DNA of 64,000 bases from Marsupella aquatica (taxonomy: Eukaryota > Plantae > Marchantiophyta): the NCBI GenBank assembly GCA_973895155.1, contig OZ316891.1, forward strand, positions 24,923,899-24,987,898, in the 5' to 3' direction. Position 1 is the stretch's first letter, and each line of letters starts with the position of its first letter. Of the stretch, positions 13,401 through 25,552 are shown one piece after another. The notes below the pieces were generated by a model, which was not told the origin of the DNA, did not search any database, and worked only from the letters and a program-made list of their open reading frames with translations. The translations under genes were made by a program, and so were the position numbers.

Positions 13401-14258
13401 GTGCCAGGGACGTTATTTCTGGCCCGCATCTCGATCAACATGTGGTAAGAGTCCCGGTTGTAGAGGTGCGTTCAAAGGCAAGGAACGGGGAGTATGTGCT
13501 TGATTTATTAGAGAGGCAGGATTGAAAGTGAGCGGATTGGGTGTTGTTGGTATTTGTTGGCTGGCGGGGAGTAAATTTAATGAACCAGGTGTTCCATATC
13601 CGTATTGGTTTTGTCAAACAACCAGTGTTGCACAAAATCCTCTTTGCCTTTCATTACCGGCGTGCTACCACCACTGCCTTCAAAGTTTCCGGTCTCTCGT
13701 GGTACTAATCTTACAGAAGCAGAGGTTATTTTCCTGCACAACAATGGAGTGGATGTCATTTCTAGTGGTGATGTTATGAATGAGGTAGTGAGTGCTGGCG
13801 ACATCATCATGGATTTGAACACATACCCAGAGCGGCCAGATCCTACAAGGCCTGACGATCATGGTACTCGCCGCAATGGCCAGGCAAGGCGAAGTAGGTC
13901 AGACCCCCCCAAGGATGCATTAGCACGTATCCAAAATGCTAAGACCGAGGCCATTGTGTGCACGTCAATGAGGAGAATTGAAACAGGGAATGCTACCGGC
14001 ATAAGGCTCATGGTGAACAACACTAGCAGGGGGCGAACTTCAGTACATTGCGCCCAGATCTGTGTCTTCCCAAGTTGCTCCTGCAAGGATTTCATGTATA
14101 GGGAGTCGATGGGAAGAGCCTACTTCCCGTGCAAGCACTTGTACTGGTGCTTTGCAAACATCTGTAAAAGGGACATTGACACGGATCAATGTGTAAACCA
14201 ACCTATCTTGACTCTAACTGAGGTCCGCGGCCTTGTAGCAAATGCCAATATCGTCTGA
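10420..14258 (+). pseudogene. MULE DDE transposase with GCM/WRKY-like Zn domain and C-terminal SWIM finger, copy A
   Basis: KCLGSLRC..C...CTYC...C...HIGNHTHP is GCM-like. Catalytic motifs: VMSDVMH (D1), FMADNA (D2), DAFH (CxxH position), SGAESVH (E). SWIM: CSCKDF...PCKHLYW. Premature TGA at 12430, intron ~12589-12776, later frameshifts. Confidence 0.8.
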
Positions 14259-14269
14259 CATTGTATGTC

Positions 14270-14425
14270 GGCGACCCTCGCTAACATTGTCTCCTTCTTC
14301 AGGAGATCATCTTGGCGACCCTCACTGTGTCATCTAATCTTGGCGACCCTCGCCGAGTCATCTAATCTTGGCGACCCTCGCCGACGTAACTCCTGAGTCA
14401 TCTTGGCGACCCTCGCCGACATGGA
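14270..14425. repeat. Short tandem repeats (~28 bp) of tcttggcgaccctcgccga
   Basis: Five motif copies visible directly. Confidence 0.85.
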
Positions 14426-14740
14426 CTTCAGGGTTGCGGGCCTAGGGTTAGGGGGTTAGGGTTTATAATATGACCGTTATAAGTATAGGGTTACGGATTT
14501 ATGTTGGAGAGGCTCAGATTCGACCCTAAACCCGCTTGGATCCTCGGGATGAGGGTTGTTGCTTTGTTCAAAACTATGGATCCTAGTGCAGGCAGACGTG
14601 AGATGGTGATTGATAGGACACAAGAAAGGCTTACATCGGAATTGTAGACGCTTCTTGCTAGTAAAGAACAAGACCGTGCTCGCATCTGGAATCTCCCCTC
14701 CTCTCGTTATCCCCTATGATGTCGCCCTCCAGCCGGTAAC

Positions 14741-15229
14741 TTGATTCCGGGATTGCTTGATGATCTTGTGGAGTTGCACATATGGCCCCGGATCCGATCA
14801 ATGTTGAAAGATGTTGTGCTTGTGGATGCTCCAGTGAGGAATATGTGCCTGATGGTGCGGTCTGTTGCGCATATCAACAGGAAATGGAGATATTTGATAA
14901 CAAACTCCATAGCATGGGCTGCAATGACTACTGCTGTGATATTTTGTGCCACAAGATGGCCTGAATTGACACCTCATTTCTTTCGTGAGTCAATGAGAGC
15001 GTTCCCACCGATTGATGTTTGGGCTCGGTTGGCTGATGATATCTTAAATGAGAGGATCGATTCCTGGTTATTATGTGATTCGGAGGAAGCGGACTGTTAT
15101 CTGTTGATATATGGTGTTCAGCAAGAACGAGTAGATGCTTGGAAAAGGACTCGTCTTGATAATTGGTACACTGAGCAAGTTCAGAAAAGACTTGATCAAG
15201 GTGTAAGTGTCAATCGTGACAACTTTTAG
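14741..15229 (+). CDS. F-box-like cargo protein 1 (5' end disrupted)
   Basis: LIPGLLDDLVELHIWPRI...VAHINRKWRYLIT is the plant LIPGLPDD-type F-box signature. Upstream telo-box repeats and TATA at 14442-14470. Confidence 0.65.
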   Translation: MIPGLLDDLVELHIWPRIRSMLKDVVLVDAPVRNMCLMVRSVAHINRKWRYLITNSIAWAAMTTAVIFCATRWPELTPHFFRESMRAFPPIDVWARLADDILNERIDSWLLCDSEEADCYLLIYGVQQERVDAWKRTRLDNWYTEQVQKRLDQGVSVNRDNF

Positions 15230-15382
15230 GTGCACTTCATGTCATTATCGGTTTAGTGTATAGAATATGCAGGAGTACGCCACACCTGGTTCAGATTTAG
15301 AGATCATGGACTAATTTTGTACAACTTTTTTGAGTAATAAATACTTGGCGACATGAGATCCTTCCTGTCTTTCACTATCAAT

Positions 15383-15683
15383 TCTCGGCGAGGGTCTTCG
15401 ACATTTGGACCGTTTAGGGTTTACCCTAAACCCTAAACCCTAAACATGTACCCCCTATACTGGGCCGTAAATCCTAGACCCTTGCGTACTTCCCTTGCAT
15501 ACTTTCTTGTTTGGTCCGTTAACAAGATGTACGTTGTCAAGTATAGTTGGGATGTCCCGTATCCATGACGTAGTTTTGTGCGGTGCGGTATGTGCGGTAC
15601 GTGCTCCCTTCTTCCTTACTCTTCCTCTTCCTCTTCACTCTTTGTTAGGGTTTTCAACGTCCTTCTCACTTATCCCTGCGCTT
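15383..15683 (+). promoter_or_regulatory. Inverted copy of the 7955-8350 module upstream of F-box 2, with telomere-like (CCCTAAA)n
   Basis: Reverse-complement similarity to 7955-8350. tttagggtttaccctaaaccctaaaccctaaa at 15413-15444. tgggcc at 15461. Confidence 0.6.
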
Positions 15684-15935
15684 GGTTGAATTTCTACACT
15701 TTGACATTCATCGCACTGGGCAGAAATGACATCGCTGTTCATTTCTTAGGGAGAGCCTCCCCACGAAGGCAGACGTTCTACGCCCGTTGTGCGACTGACG
15801 CGCAGCCCCTACAAGGTCAAGATCAACCCGCAGACTTTGCAGGTGGAGACCGTCGAAACCAATATGTCAATGTCGCTGTCATTATAAAGAGGAGGGCACT
15901 TTCTGTATTCTTCATCCGCTTGTTCGGTTGGTTGG

Positions 15936-16709
15936 TTGTTGTGTTCAATCTGTTGGGTGTCATCTTCATCTCACGGGTGCTTCAAGCGGCTCTCCAACAT
16001 GGAAGGATCATACACGAAGAGGCGTTATCATGAAAAGTGCGCTACACACCTTGATAAGTTTACGGCGACAATTACTGAGCTGAAATTGAAAGCTGATTTT
16101 GATCGGCTCTCAGTATGGGGGACTGTTGGGGAGCCTATTCCGAAGGAAGCAGAAGAAGCAAAAAGGCAGAGTCTCATCCCTGGCCTCCCGGATATGCTGA
16201 CAGAGGGACATGTTTGGCCTCTACTTAGAAATGCATTTGAGTCTGCAAATGCACATGGCACTGATGATGATGCTACCTTCAAGACAATCGACAACATGCG
16301 CATATTGTCCAGAGTTAGTAGGAAATGGAGATTCCTCGTGACTCACTCCAAGGGATGGGCAGCGTTAAAAGTGGTGAAGGACGTCATTGAAAATATGGAC
16401 GACAACCGACATTGGAATTGTCACTCAACCGCGTGTACATTCCGTGTTCTCTTACAAAAAATTCCGCCTATTGATGCCCTCTCTATGATGTCAGTTACAT
16501 CACTCAAGTTTTGGGTGGCAAACTACGTCTGGAGGACAGAGATATATGAGAGGGATCTGTATGATAAGTTCTTTGATGGAGATGTGCTAGGAAGAGTCCA
16601 GGACTGGGTGGAGAATAGGTTAACCCCAATCTTATGGTGTGACAATGTAGAAAAATTGCCGAGCAACAATCCGGACAATGGCTATGGGCTTTATTCTAGT
16701 GATATTTGA
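15936..16709 (+). CDS. F-box-like cargo protein 2 (likely ATG at ~15999)
   Basis: SLIPGLPDMLTEGHVWPLL...LSRVSRKWRFLVT. Shares WAA and PPID motifs with F-box 1. Confidence 0.7.
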   Translation: MLCSICWVSSSSHGCFKRLSNMEGSYTKRRYHEKCATHLDKFTATITELKLKADFDRLSVWGTVGEPIPKEAEEAKRQSLIPGLPDMLTEGHVWPLLRNAFESANAHGTDDDATFKTIDNMRILSRVSRKWRFLVTHSKGWAALKVVKDVIENMDDNRHWNCHSTACTFRVLLQKIPPIDALSMMSVTSLKFWVANYVWRTEIYERDLYDKFFDGDVLGRVQDWVENRLTPILWCDNVEKLPSNNPDNGYGLYSSDI

Positions 16710-17009
16710 CTGTGAAGGCACAGGAGGTCATCGCGGATAGCATTGTCGATAGGGTCCACTGGCCACTAGGTCATGTCATGACTTGAACTCATCACGTAGT
16801 AATGAGGTGAGGGCTAGCATCATGGACTAATTTTGTACGACATTTTTCAATAATAAAAAAGCTTACATTATCATACTATTGGTGTGGTCTTTTTTCCCTC
16901 CCGGCGGCCTCGCCGACATCCAAACGGCTCCTTTGGAATTCGGCGAGGGTCTCCAAGATGTAGTGTTTGTGAACGCTACTCACCTTGGAGACATTCGCCA
17001 TTTGTCGGA

Positions 17010-17365
17010 TCTGAGCGACCCTCGCCGAAATGGCACTGAAACCAGATGTCAGCGACCCTCATCAAAATGGCACTAAAACCGGATGTCAGCGACCCTCGCC
17101 GGAATGGGACTGAAACCAGATGTCAGTGACCCTTGCCGAAATGGCACTAAAACCGGATGTCAGCGACCCTCGCCGAAATGGCACTGAAACCGGATGTCAG
17201 CGACCCTTGCCAAAATGGCACTGAAACCGGATATCAGCGACCCTCGCCAAAATGGCACTAAAACCGGATGTCAATGACCCTCGCCGAAATGGCACTGAAA
17301 CCGGATGTCAGCGACCCTCGCCGAAATGGCACTAAAACCGGATGTAGTGACCCTCACCGGAAGGG
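17010..17365. repeat. 37-bp tandem array (~9-10 copies) cagcgaccctcgccgaaatggcactgaaaccggatgt
   Basis: Adjacent units start at 17161 and 17198. No unique spacers. Confidence 0.95.
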
Positions 17366-17906
17366 AACTTTGCAGGAATGGAACTTTGTCGGAATGGAAC
17401 TTCCCAACCGGATGTCTGCGATCCTCGCCGAAATCGCACTTACCAAGGAAAAGTAAGAAACCGGATCTCAGAGACCCTTGCCGAAATGGAACTTAGGATC
17501 ATAATTTTGACCGTTGCCGAGTGAGAGAACCACCAGATCTCGGAGACCCTCTTCGAGATCTACTTACACCCTAAACTCTTTGTCGTCAAACTAACAAAGA
17601 AGTCGTTGGCCTTTGATCTCAGAGATCCTCGCCGAAATGGAATTACATAGTAACTGTGGAATCATACGCTCGTACAGTGCCAAAAACTAATCCTGACAGT
17701 CTTGACCGTTGCAGGTCAAATCAACATTAACTCATTTGTTGGCCAAACCTGGAGTGTGTGTGAAAAGACATGTACCCGTTATTACGAGCGGACGTTGTTG
17801 TCCCTTCAACCGTCTAGGGATAGGATACCAATAATTGCTGGATTTTTAGTGGCGATGATGATGAGTGTCTTGTACGTTGCAGGTCACCACAACACGGACT
17901 AGATAG

Positions 17907-18758
17907 ATGGAGGTGAAGGCAATATGGCAGCGTGGTGCGCCCTCCAATTTTTCACCTTCTTTCTCATTAGGGCAGAGCACCATGGCCAGAGTGGAGTCTG
18001 TGATTGGTGTCCAAGACAGGCACACACCCACTATCTCCGTCGTTTTGGACGTCGTCCCGCAGAAGAGGAAACGAGGTCGGCCGAGGAAGCATCCCATTGT
18101 AATGTCGATAGCATTACCTGATAATAAAGCTCCTCGGCTCTTGACAGAGAAGAGGAAATGAGGTCGGCCGAGGAAGCATCCCATCATAATGTCAATCGCG
18201 TTATCTGATAATGAAGCTCCTCGGCTCTTGACAGAGAAGAGGAAACGAGGTCGTCCCAGGAAGCGACCCATTGAAGCTCCTCGGCTCTTGGCAGAGAAGA
18301 GGAAATGAGGTCGCCCCAGGAAGCATCCTATTGCAATGGCTACCACACTGCCAGATGGTGATGGTGAAGCTCCTTGTCTGTTGAGATCTCCAGATAATCG
18401 CAAGGCTGTTGGTGATGCAAACAGAATGAACGAGACGTTGAAGATGCCCGTAGACGGTGCAGCTAAGTTCCGCGGTCGTGACAACACAACCAGCCACAAG
18501 GACTCGCCTAGTGCCGAGTGTTCAAAATATGCTGATGTTGACTTCGTGTTTGCTAAAGAGTTGCTGAAGAGTTTGGATGTAGAGATCGCGGACAGCAAGT
18601 CAGACTTCCAGAAGCTTATGAGCCTTCATGTAGATGTGCAGGCTAGGCTATCTGAGATGTGTGACAACGTCCAGAATCTATGGGTAAAAATGAATGACCT
18701 CCTCTCGGTAAGAGTTGAATTGGGGGCGTTCACTGGAGTGAATGTACAAAAAACATGA
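17907..18758 (+). pseudogene. AT-hook repeat protein with C-terminal coiled coil
   Basis: Four KRK[R/*]GRPRK units. Two carry CGA->TGA stops. Confidence 0.7.
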
Positions 18759-19365
18759 ATTTTGTGTACACATTTACTTGTAGGAAATAGCGGAATATTG
18801 TAGCCTCAAAGTTTTGATACATTTTGGTAGTTACAGAATCGTTTGTCGGTAATGATTTTATGGAGTGTCAAATTAAACTGGACAATGATAGTAGAAATCC
18901 GTCTAATCGGCTGCGTAATGAAACATTTTGTGCAGATTAGGCAGCTTAGTTATAAATTACTGAATCTGTCGTGGTAAAGTCGGTGACCCTCGCCGAGAGC
19001 ATTTTCCTCGGCTTGACAAGTAGGAGTAGCAGTCTCTTGACGATGTCTTCTCGGCGAGCATCGCCAAGGAATGACAATGAATTCATGCTACCTTTTCTTA
19101 TAAGCTCTCTTATTGGGCAAACATCTTGGTCTTCTGGTGGTCGCAACTGATCCCAAGGATTCTACACTGCATCACAATTCTCGTTGATTACTTCTTTCAA
19201 GGCTGGCACCACCACCAGCCTAGTAGTAGTATCTCGATGATGTCTTCTCGGCGAGCATCGCCAAGGAATGATAATATATGGGTTGTAAAATGTTTTTTCT
19301 AGTAAACATCATGTCGACCTTATGTCGGCGACCTCTTTGACATTCTGGCTATGGTCGCCTAAAAC

Positions 19366-20209
19366 TGTACGGACACCGCCTTTATGCTTATTGCTTTGCG
19401 TTTCAAGACTGTACACCCTGAATCAGAGATGTTTGCGAGTCTCACAGGAGGGTGCAATAACTTTATCGCACCTCGCATTCATCTTGAAGACATGACTCCC
19501 TCACACACCTAAGCCCTAAATCCATCACAGGATGTCCTCTGAACCATCTTCAATCAATCACAGGAATGGTTACTCCGATAAATTTATCGGAGTCTCAAAC
19601 AAAATTCAATCTCTCACAGGAATGGAAACTCCGATAAATTTATCGGAGTCTCAAACAATCTTCAATCAATCACAGGAATGGAAACTCTGATAAATTTATT
19701 GAAGTCTCATTTAATCCTTTATCCATCAAAGGAATGAAGACTTCGATAAATTTATCGGAATGAAGGCGCACTCCTCTTATCGGATCAAAGGAATGCAAGA
19801 TAGGAATGCATGCAGAATGCGATAAATTTATCGCAGTCCGCTCGGATCAGGACATTGACACCAAATGACAAGTCAACCTTACATAGATGATACTCGAACA
19901 GGAATGGTAGTTCCGATAAATATATCGGGTTCTCTGGAGAAAGAGTCAAGTCTCTTGGGAGGAATGTAAGACTCGATAGGAGTTCAGTATTCGCTCTGAG
20001 TGAGGTGTTGTTCGCTCCGGTGAAAACAAACATTTTATGGGCAGCCTGCTCCTCTTTATATAGGGGATGCTCTAACCATGGTTACTTTCCCCCTTAACCC
20101 GGGTTAGTGCGTGGTCGACCCTCAATTACGTGCTTCGGACCAAGTTACTCGCAGTTAGGACTTTTTCACAGACCGAATGTAAAACCCGATGCACGTATTG
20201 CTCCCTACA
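19366..20209 (-). mobile_element. Probable LTR (solo or truncated) with tandem 22-bp palindromes
   Basis: TGTACGG...CCCTACA ends. Minus-strand TATA at ~20055. No matching TSD. Confidence 0.4.
19545..19930. repeat. ~55-bp tandem repeats containing the palindrome ACTCCGATAAATTTATCGGAGT
   Basis: Perfect copies at 19572-19593 and 19628-19649. Variants at ~19685, 19743, 19819 and 19912. Confidence 0.9.
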
Positions 20210-20351
20210 TTCCCGTGGCGATGCAACGTAAGAAAGTGGTGTTTTTTTAATTTTTGCCAGTTTTATCAGAGATTGCATTGCCTTAGAAAAAAAATGGAAT
20301 CGGGCTAAACGAGAAGTGTGTCACACTTCTCGGTCGGTCCGAAATCGTGTT

Positions 20352-21110
20352 TCAAGCAGACATTTCATAGGCAATCTTGTAATAAACTTCCAATGTTCCT
20401 TTGTGCAGAGATTTCAGAGGTAACTGAGGAGTAAAATGGAATTCACCTTGCTTCTTGACATTTTGCTTGAATTCTTCGTCCATCTCACTCCTAAAAGCAA
20501 TGAGTTGTATGACATCTGCATCCTCCCAGCAAATGGTTGCCAAATTGTCTGCCTCTTGATCCCCTTCTTGATCAATCTCCCTGGAAATCTTGGCCTTCTT
20601 GGACATCTTCTTCCCAACTGCCCGTTTCTTACCACTAGTTGTCCCCTCTGAAGGAGTTACAGCGCTTGCAGGTGGAGATCGTGGATGGTGGACTGCTTCA
20701 CGATTCTGCAAAGGAATGTGCTGCCTTCCTTCTGAGTAGAATGGGTTTCCTCCGCATGACTGTTGTTGATACAAAGTCGGATCAGAGAAGAAAGGAGCTA
20801 GAGAAGGATTGGGCTGTAACTGAGGACAAGAACATCGTGAGATTGATGGTGGATCATTCAAAAGCGCCATAAACTCTGCGTTCGACATCGTGTGGGCACC
20901 TTGGGACATTTCTTGGCCAAACTGTGAATCAGGAATTACAGCTGAGGAGCGATTGCTCTCATACCAAGGAGAGAAATTTCCCGTTCCTGCCATGTCTACA
21001 GTCACCTCAACTCCCACACTGCTACAATCCCTTCCTGAAGAGTTTGTGAACGAATTGCAAGTGCTCCCAGACGACAAGCTGCTCACCCATATACTGTCGT
21101 TCTCTTCCAT
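20352..21110 (-). CDS. Myb/SANT (trihelix)-like ORF, probably PIF/Harbinger ORF1 first exon, truncated
   Basis: ICWEDADVIQLIAFRSEMDEEFKQNVKKQG followed by a GT donor (~20447). Confidence 0.5.
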   Translation of the reverse strand: MEENDSIWVSSLSSGSTCNSFTNSSGRDCSSVGVEVTVDMAGTGNFSPWYESNRSSAVIPDSQFGQEMSQGAHTMSNAEFMALLNDPPSISRCSCPQLQPNPSLAPFFSDPTLYQQQSCGGNPFYSEGRQHIPLQNREAVHHPRSPPASAVTPSEGTTSGKKRAVGKKMSKKAKISREIDQEGDQEADNLATICWEDADVIQLIAFRSEMDEEFKQNVKKQGEFHFTPQLPLKSLHKGTLEVYYKIAYEMSA

Positions 21111-21694
21111 GGTAGGGGCGCAATTGATTTGTAATTTGAAGCTGGGCTTGTAATTTGAAGCGGCCGCATTTGTAAAAGCCCACGGGAACCGTCACTTGCA
21201 ACTCATCCACTCTCATGAATGATGATAAAATTGGAGGAGAAAGTGGCCTGCCCATTTTTGCACCTCCGGAGGTCCGATAGTCTAGTGCCCGAATGTTCGT
21301 CCCGAGCCAGCTGGCCCGAGCTAATCCATTGATACCAGAATGGAGGTTCGGTCGTTCCCGCAGCTCAACTTGCTGCGCCAATCTTGTAAAGCAAGGAGAG
21401 CCTGGGCAGGCTGAAACAACGGTCCTGATTGATTCAATCCTGAAAAAAGTTGCACTGTCTTGCTGCGCCCGTCTTGTAAAGTGGCCCTGAGCTCTATGGT
21501 AGGAAAGACAGAAATCCAGCAAAAAGGCATTGAGGGAGGGATCAACCTCGGCCTTGAGAGGAAGATCCCCAAATATGATGAAGCCAGCACCCGTATCTAC
21601 ATTGCGTGACCACCTTGTGACTGGGAGGAGGACCACAAAGGTTGACTGGGGTTTTGGTACCATATGTCAAGCCTGACGATTCTCCATACAATAA

Positions 21695-21842
21695 AGTCCT
21701 GTTTAAAGGGCATTGTGGGATCTTGTGTATACACTAAAGTAGTGTTTAGAGGACATTATGGGATATAATGCCCCAGACAACAAGAGGTCCAGCTCAAGTT
21801 TTGAGGGGCTATTACTACCTATAATGCTCCCCAAACAGGACC
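21695..21842. mobile_element. Possible Tourist-like MITE
   Basis: Imperfect TIRs agtcctgtttaaagggcattgt and ataatgctccccaaacaggacc. Flanks are TAA and TAG. Confidence 0.4.
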
Positions 21843-23482
21843 TAGCTACACTTTTAGGCCTGACAATTTTTTTATTTTTCTAAGTTGAATTAGTAAATAA
21901 GAGGAGAATCTTCCTAAAGAGGTGATCCAGTACTTCTGCCTTCAGGAAATTAAATTATTCAAATTTTGGGTGGACACCTGGCATGTACCCAGGTTCTCTC
22001 TGCTGTAGGTTAAATTCAACCAAGTTTGCCCACTACTTATGATTCCTCCAATGACAAACTCAATTCCGAACCTTAGCTTATCTCACAGGTTTAGGCATGC
22101 ACAAATTTATTTGCACCAAGCCAAGTGTAGGTTCTGCTGTGTAGAATGACAAGGGCAATCAAGACATCTGTGTAAGTAGCTTTAGTAACAATAATACAGC
22201 ACTGCACAGAACTTCAGAAAGAGTGTGGCAATTTCCGTTGTGCCATGTGTCAAGCGTAAGTACCAGTGTACATCACATGAGGAAATGGCAATACCTACTT
22301 GGTTTTGTTTGAATGCTTTCACTATGCCCAGTAGTAGTATTAATTTTGATAAGAGCTAGTGATCAGCAAAGAAAATGGACACCAGATAAAATGGCACATT
22401 TTGGAAATGCATTTCTGTGGAGAAACGTGATACTACTTTGTTTGATCCCGTTATGGCATCATAGCTGGTCAAGATTTTTCATTGAAAAAGGAGGCGTCCT
22501 GCTTAAAGCTATCGTTTTTACATCATGTCATGTATATGGTTGGCAATATAGGAGAGGCAAAAACAGCCATAGAGTTTGACTATACCTTTAGGAAACTCTG
22601 AACACTTCCTCAATTCTCAAGAAGTGATATTACCTGTGATCTTGACTCGCAGCTGGCCTTGACTTGCGATAACAGACCATAGGCAGTTTAGATACAGAAG
22701 CACATACCGAAGCACTTATGAGTCTACTGTACTAATCGGACACACTAAAGTAGAGTACAGAAATTTCTCCGGCTCACAGAGTCTAACTAGTTGATCTAAT
22801 AGCACTTTTCTCCAACGTCTCCAAAACTGATAAAGACACTCTCCATTAACCACTGGGTGAAGAACACTTTTTAAATTCACACCTCCTATAAGAACCTCTG
22901 AGAATCAAACAGGAGTTTCTTGAACATGTGCAAGAAGTCAGGAGCACCCCTTTTTTCATACCCTCTGATTCTTCACCAACATTTTGCAGGCAAATACTCT
23001 TTTAAGTGTGAGGTTCTGAAGTAATGTAACAATCCATGTACAGGCAAAATTAACGACCATGAACGCAGGATCCTTCGAATCTCTCAAATCGTCGTCATGA
23101 TTTGTATTAGGAGACATGGAGGAACTTGTATGATCCTTTCAGCCATGATTATAACAATTACATAGTGGCTTTCACAGAAAGACGAAATCCATTTTCATGG
23201 ACGGTCTCACGTCAAATTTGTCACGCAGAGGTACATAACCAACTTAACCAGCCATTTACCATTCCATTGCATCCCCAACCATTAAACGCGGATGATTTCC
23301 CCCTTAACGTAGACTCAAATCAGCTATACAAGTACCCTATTCTTGGGAGCAGTTCCTTGCTTGCTTTCAGCTCACGACTCCAAAAGCCTCACTCAAGAAA
23401 GATGAATCATCCCTTGCAAAGACTCGAGTCCTAGGATTGCAGATGACGCATGTACCACAAGAACAAACGCCATCATGAGCTT

Positions 23483-25552
23483 TTACTTCTTCCCACCACT
23501 CTTTTTCAATCCAGCCCCACCAAAAGCACCCTTCCCAGCAGCTTTTGATTTTAAGTCCTTGAGAGCCTGAAAAGTGAACAACCAACAGGGTTACCCTCGA
23601 AGCAATCTCCAAGAAATCTCTGTGACAAAAGGTTCTGACGATTTTTCAATCTAGCGTCAGCAATAACTTTGACATACAGAACTCGCAATCACATGTACGG
23701 CCCTTAAGACGAAGTATACATTTGTCAATATATGACTGCCCATTTTTGGTGACAGGAAATAGTGGACAGCTTGACGTGTGCGCGTAAAAGAGAAGCATTG
23801 AATCAAGTTAGATACCTTCTCTTCGTCTTTCTTTTTCTGTAAATGTGCAAGGTCAGCCTGGATACAGACCATAGAGTAAAGGTTAGACCGAGCTACTGGC
23901 GAGGAGCATTTTAAACGGGAAGGATTGGCATAACTACAACGCCTTTAGCATCCTCAAAGGGTCACAAACATGCTTTGAAATCTATAGAGAGCTGCGCATG
24001 TTTACCTCCAAAGGTGTACACTAACCTACGCCCTATGAGTACTATAAAGTTGCATCAATCCTGTACCTCGTCATAATCCTTGGCATCCTTCCTGGGAGCC
24101 TTCAAAGGCTTTGCCTTTCCACCTGTCACGAAATAATCAATAATTAGACAAGATAGAAAACCTCGTAAGTCCTCTAAACCATTCCAGACTTTACTTATCC
24201 TATTCATTCCAAATCATTGAAAAAAAAAAGGCAGAATACTAGGTCACAAACAAGACAACCATGATACCCTAAGTTGTAAAAACATATTTCGAAGGGCTCA
24301 TCAAGTCCAACATTCATGGCAAGTACTGTTCAGTCAGTTCCCAGTAAATATGCTACTGCCCAGAGGAGATTTTCTTGTAAAATTTGATTCCGTTCAAGCA
24401 TATGGTCGACATTGGTGATAGCAAAAGGACATCCATTAGGTACTGTCTCTCAGCATGAGACATAACAAAATCCACAGAAACGCTACAATCACCGAACCAG
24501 CTTTGAATATCGGACAGAAACTAGGAACAGGCACTTACCGCAGACTTCAGCGTGCAAAACTGACGGCAGGGAACCATCCCTCACGATGTGTTCGCTTGGG
24601 AATGGAATAAATTGAGGTTCACACTCAAACAATTGTAACGGGCAAAGCAGAGCAAACACACAGGAAGGTCGAACCAACGATGCCTGAATCTTTCAGGGTT
24701 CACTTGAATCGGTAGGGAACCACTAATGGGTGATCACAAAACTTATCTCTCACGACCCTACCTAACCCTTCGGTGCTACTCTGCTGAGACCTAGAACAAA
24801 CAGATGGAGGGTTCAAGAGAAACAATCGCAACAAAAATCACTTCCAAACACTGACGACAACATCCATTGTATTAAGTAGTTTCCGAAAGAACGACAAAAC
24901 AGCAATGTCAGCGAATCCCCCTATGAATCCACAACCAAAGGTCTATTCTTGAAAACTAAGAAATTATTATTAGACGATCTGCTAATAGAACTAACTGCAA
25001 ACATAGAAAAAAGCATGTCTGGGACCAACTTCGGTACCCTCCTTTCTTGCTTGGATGGTGGCTACTACGGGTACGCACTTGCGGGCAACGACAGGGACCT
25101 GACCTTGACATCAGAACAAAGGGGACCCCTTGGTTCAACAATGGACAATTTTCTCGATAGGAACAACAGAAAAAACAACACACTAAACCACAAAGAGACA
25201 CACACAGCCGCTTTAATGAATCGCAATCCAATAACATCAAGACCTAATCCTCCGAGATGCACTGAACGAACGCGGTTCGCAGGAGGAAAATAGGACACAA
25301 AGGTACACAAACTAGCACTACAACAAGCGAGAGATGCTCATTCCAATAATTCCGCATAGAAAATCCACGCCTCGGATTAACGTTCCACACACAAACGAAA
25401 CTGGACCATGACGAAAACATTTTCATTCAAAACCGGAGTAGAGACACACACGAACAATTCACGTAGCAACGGAGAGACAGAGAGACAGAGAGACACAACT
25501 TTTGCCGACAGAGAGAGAGAGAGAGAGAGGGCATACCCTGCTTTCCAGACAT
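23483..25552 (-). CDS. TMA7: Translation machinery-associated protein 7, 65 aa; exons 25552-25537, 24122-24067, 23857-23816, 23566-23483
   Basis: Splicing at GT-AG sites gives MSGKQGGKAKPLKAPRKDAKDYDEADLAHLQKKKDEEKALKDLKSKAAGKGAFGGAGLKKSGGKK*, the TMA7 family signature. Missed by the ORF track. Confidence 0.95.
25471..25530. repeat. (GA)n microsatellite at the start of TMA7 intron 1
   Basis: gagagagagagagagagagg. Confidence 0.9.

Larger units (their letters stand above)
830..19345. mobile_element. Large Mutator-like element A (Ulp1 <- ParB/MTase-like <- -> MULE transposase -> F-box -> F-box -> AT-hook); ends approximate
   Basis: Extent taken from the distribution of the (C)TCGGCGA-N3-TCGCCGA(G) palindrome (first ~845/1055, last ~19325) and from gene content. 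No TIR or TSD found. Confidence 0.65.

Noticed and set aside
15413-15444. Telomere or chromosome-fusion scar
   Set aside because: Only a few units, located in a promoter-like context with site II motifs; better explained as telo-boxes.
7955-15683. Inverted repeats as MULE TIRs around transposase A
   Set aside because: No 8-11-bp TSD at the outer edges, and the element palindrome and genes continue on both sides.
17010-17365. CRISPR-like array with 37-bp periodicity
   Set aside because: Units are contiguous with no unique spacers, there are no cas genes, and the context is eukaryotic.
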